Positions 9,704 through 17,784 of a stretch of DNA of 20,000 nucleotides are shown here, piece by piece; position 1 is the stretch's first letter; each line of letters opens with the position of its first letter. The DNA is from Rotaria socialis (taxonomy: Eukaryota): assembly GCA_905331295.1 (NCBI GenBank), contig CAJNYD010000073.1:47483-67482 (forward strand). Direction: 5' to 3'. The notes beneath the pieces were generated by a model. The model saw nothing but the letters and a program-made list of their open reading frames with translations. It was not told the origin of the DNA and did no database searches. The position numbers were made by a program, and so were the translations under genes.

Positions 9704-12490
9704 ATGGGCGTACACGAGTCAAAGAGAAAAAATGTAAAAAGTGCAACTAACAGTGAAGTGAATATACCAGCATCACTGAGAACTATGCAGCGGAGACAAC
9801 TTATGCCTAGAGATTATTTAGTCATCTGGTTAAGTGAACACATTGACTTAATAAATGAAGATAACATAACTGAATTCAAGGAACTACAAAAGGTGGTCAG
9901 GAATTTATATACCTGCGCAAACTATGATACATGTTTTGATCGCATCATTGAACACGAGCATGAAAAAGTGATTTTTATTTTATCGGCTCCTATAGAAAAG
10001 GTAAGAGTGCGACAGATCCATGATATGCCACAGATTTATAGTATTTATATCTATCGCAAAACTATAACTTCATATGAAGGCTGGAAGACCGAATTCAGCA
10101 AGATTCAGGCTATAGGCACGGACATTAAATCCATCTGTGAAGCACTTCAGAAAACCATATGGCAACCAAATCAAAGCAGCACCTCAATAAGCTTCTTGAC
10201 ATCGTCTGATGATGGTTCCGAGCAAACTTTGGAAGATCTAGATCCTATATTTATGTATACTGAATTATTAAAAGAAATCATTCTTAATACGCAGTACAAC
10301 ACAAAAAATAGAAGGGATTTTATCGAATTTTTGCGTGCTGAGAATAGAACGGATGCTAATAGGCTTAAAATGATTGATATATTCGAAAAGAACGACCCTC
10401 CACGAAGCTCCATTTCGTGGTATACTTATGATATTCTGTTTTATGACTTAGCTAACTCTTCTCTCCGAAACTTTAACGTTGAAAAAATTATCAAAAGCAG
10501 TTTTTTTCTATCGAGCCTGCATAGACAATTAGAAGATTTACACAAGCAAAGAGTTAACCTTGGTCATGGAAAGTTTTATGTTTATCGAGGACAAATATTA
10601 TCGAAAGATGATTTTAATAAACTACAGGAAGGTGCACTTATATCCTTCAATAGCTTTTTATCGACGAGTGAAGAAGAATCTGTCGCAAGCGGCTACGCTG
10701 AAAGTAATGCGAATGCACCGGAAAATGGTGTGGGTGTACTTTTTCGTATGCTAATAGATCCCAACATTCCATCGACTCCATTTGCCCGTATTAAAAACAT
10801 CAGCCAGTTTTATGATGAACAAGAAGTACTTTTCTCTATGCAAGCGGTCTTCCGAATTCGCAAAATACAAGAATACCCCAAGAACAGCGCAGTTCGTCAA
10901 GTTGATCTTGATCTTACGCCAGATAAAGATCCGCAACTTTGTAAACTCAAAAACTTTATACGAGAAGAAATTGATGGTAAGACAGATTGGGACCGTTTGG
11001 GCAAACTACTAATTAAAATAGGTCAATATAGCGAAGCTGAAAAATGGTATACTACACAGCTAAAACAGATATCTAGTGATAGGAATGCAGTAGACGATAT
11101 TGAATACTACCTCGGAATTGCGAAATTAGAACAAGGAGAGTACCAAGATGCAGCTTCATTTTTCAAAAAATCGTTGGAAATCACACGACATAGTTCGTCA
11201 AAAGGTCCTGCTTTGTTGGCTGGCATTCATAGCATGATCGGCAGCGCGTATAAAGGCATGGGCGACTACTTGAAAGCTCTTGAATCTTATGAAATAGCCT
11301 ATGATATCTTCAAATTAAATCCGCACTGTAATGGACATCTATTTGGTTCTTTGTGCAATCAAATCGGTGCAGTTTACCATGACATGGGTCAGTACGTAGA
11401 AGCACTTAATTATTACGAAATAGCACGCGATACCTACAAAATAATTCTCCCATCCAATCATCCTATATTGGCTTCCACCTATAATAACATCGGTGAATTG
11501 TACAGATGTCTGGGTAACTACTCAAAAGCACTCGACTCTCACAAATTAGCTTTGGAAATTGACAAAAAATCTTTGCCTCACAATCATGTCGATTTGGCTA
11601 CTTCCTTGAACAACATTGGTATAGTGTACGAAAAAATGAAAGACTACATGAATGCAATGTATTATCACACAAGCGCACGTGAAATCTTCGAAAAGCTAGA
11701 TTACAAGCATCCAGGATTGGCCAATTCCTATCATAACATCGCTGAAGTATATCGCCAGTTGGGTAAATATTCAAATGCATTAGAATATTTTGAAAAGGGC
11801 TTGGAAATTTGTCAAAAAACACTCGATTCACACCATCCATCATTAGCTATTTCCTACCAATGCATTGGAGCAGTACATACGTCTATGAAAAACTATTCGA
11901 CAGCACTTGAGTTTCTCGTAAAAGGACAAAAAACCTTGGAAAACTCTCAGCATGAAACTAACCCTGCTTTGGTCGATATCTACAAAACTATCGGCGCTGT
12001 TTATACGAACATGTGTGATTACTTGAAAGCATTAGAATATTTTCAAAAATCGCACGATATGCTGGTAACAGTGTTACCTTTGAACTATCCATCATTGGCC
12101 GACTTATACAGATGTTTTAGTTCAGTATATTATAAAATGAGTGACTACTCAAAGGCTCTGGAATATTGCGATAAAACACTTCAAATGGAAGAAATGATTT
12201 CGCCTCGAAATCGTTCCAGTGTGGGGCATACTTACTCATTTATGGGTAAAATATATCGAGAAATGAGTAATAGCAGGAAAGCAGCTGAGTTTTACAAAAA
12301 GGCATCTGATATCATTGGAGTATCTTTGCCTGTGACCATTCGCGATGAAAACGGGTCCTTCACCACTACTGGTATAACAATTAGTTGCATTGGCGGCGAC
12401 TCTCACGTATCTGACTTACATGAGCACTTGCGAAACACGCTGCAGAATTTATACAACGAAAACCGTAAATCAGTAAATTCAAGAAATTAA
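9704..12490 (+). CDS. ADP-ribosyltransferase (ARTC/R-S-E clade) domain plus ~11 42-aa TPR repeats, 928 aa, intronless
   Basis: N-terminal alpha/beta domain (LVIWL...VIFILS...IYSIYIY). ART motifs YRG (R295), FLSTS (S320-T-S322) and EQEVL (E372-x-E374). Kinesin-light-chain-type TPRs such as HPILASTYNNIGELYRCLGNYSKALDSHKLALEI. AATAAA motifs directly after the stop. Confidence 0.92.
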   Translation: MGVHESKRKNVKSATNSEVNIPASLRTMQRRQLMPRDYLVIWLSEHIDLINEDNITEFKELQKVVRNLYTCANYDTCFDRIIEHEHEKVIFILSAPIEKVRVRQIHDMPQIYSIYIYRKTITSYEGWKTEFSKIQAIGTDIKSICEALQKTIWQPNQSSTSISFLTSSDDGSEQTLEDLDPIFMYTELLKEIILNTQYNTKNRRDFIEFLRAENRTDANRLKMIDIFEKNDPPRSSISWYTYDILFYDLANSSLRNFNVEKIIKSSFFLSSLHRQLEDLHKQRVNLGHGKFYVYRGQILSKDDFNKLQEGALISFNSFLSTSEEESVASGYAESNANAPENGVGVLFRMLIDPNIPSTPFARIKNISQFYDEQEVLFSMQAVFRIRKIQEYPKNSAVRQVDLDLTPDKDPQLCKLKNFIREEIDGKTDWDRLGKLLIKIGQYSEAEKWYTTQLKQISSDRNAVDDIEYYLGIAKLEQGEYQDAASFFKKSLEITRHSSSKGPALLAGIHSMIGSAYKGMGDYLKALESYEIAYDIFKLNPHCNGHLFGSLCNQIGAVYHDMGQYVEALNYYEIARDTYKIILPSNHPILASTYNNIGELYRCLGNYSKALDSHKLALEIDKKSLPHNHVDLATSLNNIGIVYEKMKDYMNAMYYHTSAREIFEKLDYKHPGLANSYHNIAEVYRQLGKYSNALEYFEKGLEICQKTLDSHHPSLAISYQCIGAVHTSMKNYSTALEFLVKGQKTLENSQHETNPALVDIYKTIGAVYTNMCDYLKALEYFQKSHDMLVTVLPLNYPSLADLYRCFSSVYYKMSDYSKALEYCDKTLQMEEMISPRNRSSVGHTYSFMGKIYREMSNSRKAAEFYKKASDIIGVSLPVTIRDENGSFTTTGITISCIGGDSHVSDLHEHLRNTLQNLYNENRKSVNSRN

Positions 12491-12530
12491 TAAATTCAAT
12501 AAAAGATCGAACTATCTCTTAATGAAAAAC

Positions 12531-12600
12531 GGGCGTGGGTGTGGGTGCTATTATAGCTACATAAGAATAGGCACCGATGCCCACACCCACACCCACACCC
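12531..12600. repeat. Telomere-like inverted-repeat hairpin, spacer type B
   Basis: GGGCGTGGGTGTGGGTGC-TATTATAGCTACATAAGAATAG-GCACCGATG-CCCACACCCACACCCACACCC, starting 41 nt after the ART-TPR stop codon. Confidence 0.75.
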
Positions 12601-13015
12601 AACACATACTATGTATATGTACGGGTGCGACATCACCCTAACAGATCCTCATGGGTCCTAGGATCTGCTTTTCGCCCCTTACTGTAGCACGTATGAAGTA
12701 AATACTAATATGTCAGATCTTTTATCAGATATGTAATTTCACAACCAGGAGTAAGAATGAGATGTTGATATCATTGTCATGATATATATGTGACAGAAGC
12801 CTGCAATAGATACAACGCACATTTTTGTTCTTGTCCTCTGAGTAAATGCTTTACATTTTTCTGCTATTTTAAAATATCTTCTTCTTCTTCGATATAAAGT
12901 CGTTATTTCAACAAAGAAATATTAATAATTCATTTCTGGTTTCTTTTTATTTGAGATCTAGAGAATAGTTCTTTTTGAAAGCATAACATTTGTTTCCCAA
13001 AAATACAATTTCAAA

Positions 13016-13468
13016 ATGGGCAATTGTTTTCCTGGTGGTGAAGCGTCTTTAATAAGTTTAGTAGCTTTTGATTACGAAGTTGATGAAAACCAAGTGACTG
13101 TTGTCTCGCAAACTGGTGGCCTTGGCCAAGGGATATATCTAGTAACATTTCCTGGTATCACCACTCCTATCCGGTATGATCGCGTGGGCTCCGTTTATAT
13201 GCGCCATTCCAGTGCACCTCCACTACCTCATGAAGTGTCGAATCAAGTCACACCAACCGGTAAACCATCGAATCATGCGGTCATTGCATATGCAGCAGCA
13301 GATAATCAGATTCCAGCTCAATCTATCACAATGATTAAGATGAATGAAGAAAGAGGCTCAGGAAGCTATCATTTGAATGTTAATGGCAATCGAATTGTTT
13401 ACAAAAAAATGGGAACTGCTTTCATGAAAGCTGGTTCAATAATACCTGGCACCAATATTGTTGTTTAA
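13016..13468 (+). CDS. Hypothetical 150-aa protein with a putative myristoylation/palmitoylation N-terminus (MGNC) and two copies of a ~55-aa domain
   Basis: Clean ATG context (AAAATGG), GC content above the flanks, TATAAA near 12893, AATAAA at 13567-13572. Residues 11-66 align with 88-141 (A.D...T......G.G.Y.....G...I.Y...G...M). Confidence 0.8.
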   Translation: MGNCFPGGEASLISLVAFDYEVDENQVTVVSQTGGLGQGIYLVTFPGITTPIRYDRVGSVYMRHSSAPPLPHEVSNQVTPTGKPSNHAVIAYAAADNQIPAQSITMIKMNEERGSGSYHLNVNGNRIVYKKMGTAFMKAGSIIPGTNIVV

Positions 13469-13656
13469 ATTTAGATGTTTTTGATTATAACTATGGTTGA
13501 TTTATCTTTATTTTAGTTTATAAATATAAATATCTTATTTATAATTATCCTTGATCATAAAGGAATAATAAATATAAAGTAATATCTTCATAGAGGAATA
13601 CATTATTTTCATGGTCCTGCTCTTAATGTGACCTCACCCTGTGATAGACATTATAA

Positions 13657-13714
13657 GGGTGTGGGTGTAGGTGTGTTTTCACAAAGAGATATACACACAC
13701 ACACACACACACCC
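13657..13714. repeat. Telomere-like inverted-repeat hairpin whose right arm is a (CA)n microsatellite ending in CCC
   Basis: GGGTGTGGGTGTAGGTGTG ... TA(CA)n CCC. Confidence 0.6.
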
Positions 13715-13853
13715 AATAAAAAAAATGTGGCATTCTCATCGGATATCTCGATAACTCCAAAACTAAATATATTTTCCCAACACATTCACATAGAAACCGT
13801 CAAATTAGCGACCATATTCGAGCTTCGATGCATCGTATCCCTATTATCCTTAT

Positions 13854-14369
13854 ATGTTTTGTGTACTAGTAAGCCTCTTGACATATCTTCTGTTCAAATA
13901 TATTATTCATTTTTCTTTCTCGTCCACCATTACCGATGTTGTATTGTATCTCTCTACTCAGACACGGCTGAGAATATCAGATGTTGTCTTATTAAAAAGC
14001 TTGGACAATCTTGTGTTAAATACGATTAACGCGAATAATTATCATGATCTTCTATTTATAGTGTACAACAAGTATTTAATCACGTTGATGATAGATTTGC
14101 AAGAAAACTCACAGAATATTCTTCGGCAATTTTATGACAAGACACCATTCGCTATTATCCCTATGGATATTATTAGTGACATTAGATGTAAATGCATTAT
14201 ACTTATAAATGATAGACATAGTCGATACATTCATTTTCCTGCATGCCTATACAAGAACTTTTGTAACCCATCAGATTGGCTACATCAATGCTTAATGGCA
14301 CTTAATTATCCATATCGATATAAGTATGTTCGAGTTTTTAATGCTATGCTTCGCATCGCATTTCTGTAG
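13854..14369 (+). CDS. Possible uncharacterised ORF or coding relic (171 aa)
   Basis: Long ORF for AT-rich DNA with a protein-like C-terminal half (QNILRQFYDKTPFAIIPMD...FCNPSDWLHQCL). No recognisable domain. Confidence 0.2.
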   Translation: MFCVLVSLLTYLLFKYIIHFSFSSTITDVVLYLSTQTRLRISDVVLLKSLDNLVLNTINANNYHDLLFIVYNKYLITLMIDLQENSQNILRQFYDKTPFAIIPMDIISDIRCKCIILINDRHSRYIHFPACLYKNFCNPSDWLHQCLMALNYPYRYKYVRVFNAMLRIAFL

Positions 14370-14517
14370 TTCGTCGCGAGTTTTTCTTTTCTTTTACTTT
14401 TTCGACGTACGCATCACATCTCGTCGTTTTGTTGTGCAATGATCTCGAGAACCGAAAATCATAGAAAAGTCATTGAAACGGGAGATGGAAGTATCAAGAC
14501 GGAACCTTGAACATCTG

Positions 14518-15104
14518 CACACTAAATAAAAATGCGTCGGCTGTATGTGTCGTAAATTTTTGCGTTGTGCTCTCTATTACAAAAATGTGTCGTAAATTTT
14601 TGTGTCGCGCTTTGAATGAAAAAAATGTGTCGTATATTTTTTGCGTTCTGTCAGTCGACTAGTCGTTCACCGTTTTGTTATGAACATACAGCGACATATA
14701 AGAAACATCGTTGAACGCATGGAAGATAAGTTCTCGAAATAAAATTTTCTTTGAATTTAATTCTTGGTTACTTTATAATCAAGGAATTGCCATCCCGATC
14801 CATGATCCGGGAAGGACTACACTGGATAGTCTGATAGGAATCGGACCAATTCCAAATCAGCCAGATCTTAGGATCTGATCAGATTGAATTTTCAAAAAAT
14901 AAAGAGATATATGTAATTAAATTAAAAAATATCGAAATATGCGTTTCAAAAACAACCAATGAAAATGTGTCGGATGTGTCGTGAAAAATGCGTCGTGGTC
15001 TTGCTGGGCAGAATGTGTCGCAACGAGCACCTCATGTCGTACTCGAATGTGTCGTGCTTTGTGTCGTAGTTTACGACACACCCGACACATTTTTACTTAG
15101 TGTG
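14518..15104. mobile_element. Non-autonomous TIR DNA transposon (587 bp), CAC-terminal, CMC/EnSpm-like
   Basis: Left end CACACTAAATAAAAATGCGTCGGCTGTATGTGTCGTAAA versus reverse complement of the right end CACACTAAGTAAAAATGTGTCGGGTGTGTCGTAAA. TG flanks both ends (14516-17 and 15105-06; candidate 2-bp TSD). More than 10 subterminal TG(T/C)GTCG motifs, including a 40-bp tandem x3 (14541-14660). Confidence 0.75.
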
Positions 15105-15188
15105 TGTTTTCGAAACTTCAATCTGAAGTTCCATTCAGTCACAAATGTCGTTCCAAAATGACGATAATGAAAGAAATTTGTGCTTTCT

Positions 15189-15964
15189 TATAGCTACTGA
15201 ATGAATTCTATAGCTACTTAATGAATCGCATAGCTATTGAATGAATATTATAGCTACTTAATGAAACGTATAGCTACTGAATGAATATCATTATATTGTT
15301 TTTAAGGCAAAATTCAAACAAAACATTTTGTATTCACAACGTGAATGTATATAGAATTCATGAGAATAATCAAATATTTATGATACCAACATTATTAATG
15401 ATATAAAGGAGCACGGAGACTGAAAAAGGATGCACTAGCGAGAAAGTGAAATATGTAAGTGTTCATGTTTAGTTGACGATGAAATAATCGAAATACTTGA
15501 AATTTGAATTTCTATTATATTTCGGATTACTTTCAAATGTTCATGAGTTGATGTTGTTTTTATTATTATTAAGATTCATCATACTGTTTCTCAGATAAAT
15601 TCAAGTAAAACAATTTGTATTCATAATGTGAATCTGTATTTGATTCATTAGAATATTCAAATACTTATGATATTGGAGGTATTTATGATATAAAAGAGGA
15701 AGGGATCCGTAATAGGATTTTTTGGAAAAAGATATGAAATCATATTAATAAGGTTTGTCTCTTCTTTGTAATATGGCTGAGATGCTTTTCTTTAAATTGA
15801 TGTATAATCTTTGAAGAGGTACATGGACTTTCAATAAACGCGTGATCTTTGAATAATTATAGTAACGTTGGAAGCAGCTATACAATAATCAAGTAGCTAT
15901 GAATTCATTAAATAGCTATAAGAAATCATTAAGTAGTTATAGGAAACCAATAAGTAGCTATGGG
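15189..15964. mobile_element. Foldback/MITE-like element bounded by inverted arrays of a 20-bp repeat
   Basis: Five tandem TATAGCTACT(G/T)AATGAAnnn units at 15189-15288, and reverse-complement units (TCATTAAGTAGCTAT) at 15872-15961 ending GGG|TA. Internal ~115-bp direct duplication, ~15315-15432 versus ~15602-15718. Confidence 0.6.
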
Positions 15965-17340
15965 TATTTTTTAAAAAGTATCTCTTTTGAGAAGCTACGA
16001 AATTATGATCAATTAGAAAATAGTTTGCTAAATATAACTCATAGAAAAACTCTATTATTCCAATTTCAACTAAATTTTCATGTCAACTGTAACATATACA
16101 TTTCGACGCCATGAGTTATTCAATGAAATAAAAGAGTTATCATCGTAGTTTATATTACATTGACTAGTCTTATCTGGATTAAATTTTTGAAATATAAGTA
16201 TTTTATTTATATTTATTAAAGATTAATAAAGATAAATTAATATTTCTATTACCTTACGAGTACATCATGAAGCAAATAATTATTTTTTTTTGAATAATAG
16301 AATACTAGCGCAACTAACTATTTTTTCCAAGCGAACGAACGACAAAGTATCTTATTTTAGAAGCATCTGTTCTTTTCTTTCAGCTTTATTCGTGTTTGTA
16401 AATTATTCGTTTCTCTTGATTAACTCTTTCCCGTTTTTCTTTTTCCTCTCTCCTATGTCTATACTCTAACGAAAAAAAAAATATGTTGATATGTCAATAC
16501 CGTTTAGCTAGCATGGTACTAAGGAAGGAAGGAAGCAAGAAAAATATGTTTAGAGTCATAAAAAATAACATTAATTAGATCACCGACTCGTATCAAGGCT
16601 ATATTTTGGTCGTATTAATCGTCGTTTTCTGCATGCCATTATCAAGTACAGTTCACTATTACATATTCTATTCGCTGATGTTCTAGCAATACGAGGTAAA
16701 TTCATGCATAGATAATCAGTAGACCCAAAACTTGTTACTTTTCATTGTAACGAACGTAGTAATACAAAGTGTGTAATAATATCTCTTTCGCATTTCTCAC
16801 TGAACAGATAAGTAGTAATAAAGTTTATGTTTATTGAAAAAAAAAGACGTTTTATCAAACTCTCTATCGTAGTCAATGCAAAAGATCGTCTTCTCTTAAT
16901 TTCATTGACTTTAAGAGTTATCTTTTTATAGTATTTTCTTGGTACTCTATACCATTTTCGATAGGGCGTTCTCGAAGATAAGACAAGTTGGTTGAATCCG
17001 AGTTCTAAAATAAATTAAAATAGTCTCATTTGAAAGAGTACATGAAAATATAACGAATGCTGTTTTCAGACATATGTAGTGTCCAATATTTGTATAGAAA
17101 ACATTTTCATTTTTATCATATCATTACTATAAGTTATCATTAGTGGATTACACATATATCCAAGGGTAAAAAGGCGACTCCTGGTGGATTCTAGAATTCA
17201 CTAAAAATCCATTTTGATTAGTGAGTTTACCTCAATATTTTAAACAGTTTGCAGTTGCTAAGGAGAACAGCGAGACTCATATACGTAGGATCTATGATTT
17301 TCATCGTGTTTTGAAAAAATTACGAAAGTGACCTTTCATT

Positions 17341-17440
17341 NNNNNNNNNNNNNNNNNNNNNNNNNNNNNNNNNNNNNNNNNNNNNNNNNNNNNNNNNNNN
17401 NNNNNNNNNNNNNNNNNNNNNNNNNNNNNNNNNNNNNNNN
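17341..17440. other. Assembly gap (100 N)
   Basis: Run of 100 N; probably a placeholder of unknown true length. Confidence 1.
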
Positions 17441-17741
17441 AAACGCACGATCGGGAACCGCGACTATCATCCATTCACATCCATGAAAAAAACGCAAAAA
17501 GTGTCATTTTTTGGACAAAAAGAGCACTTTTGAAGTATGAAAACGGTGAAAAGGCGGAAAATCGGGCGTTTAAACGTTCGTTGATTTTAGAATTGAAAAA
17601 TTAATCATTTAAACGCTCAATTTTCCACCTTTTCACCGTTTTCATACTTCAAAAGTGCTCTTTTTGTCCAAAAAATGACACTTCTTGCGTTTTTTTCATG
17701 AATGTGAATGGATGATAGTCGCGGTTCCCGATCGTGTGTTT
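17441..17741. repeat. Long inverted repeat: 134-bp arms (17441-17574 and 17608-17741), 33-nt spacer, left arm cut by the gap
   Basis: Manual comparison gives 128/134 identity between the left arm and the reverse complement of the right arm, with no indels. Probably the centre of a foldback element that ends near ...TGTCTGCTCGGG|TA (17774). Confidence 0.9.
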
Positions 17742-17784
17742 AAACGTGTTTTTGAAAATTTTTGTCTGCTCGGGTAATGGTGTC

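Noticed and set aside
9694..9712. Mini-hairpin TACACCCA-CAA-TGGGCGTA over the ART-TPR start codon
   Set aside because: An 8-bp stem with a mismatch and the opposite arm order to the hairpin family; plausibly chance.
10171..11843. Short ORFs overlapping the ART-TPR gene (likewise 1383-1640, 6078-6344, 9167-9681 and 13628-14029)
   Set aside because: Antisense or alternate-frame shadows of real coding or TE sequence, many with non-ATG starts.
15899..16114. 71-aa ORF
   Set aside because: Begins within the 20-bp repeat array and shows no protein-like features.
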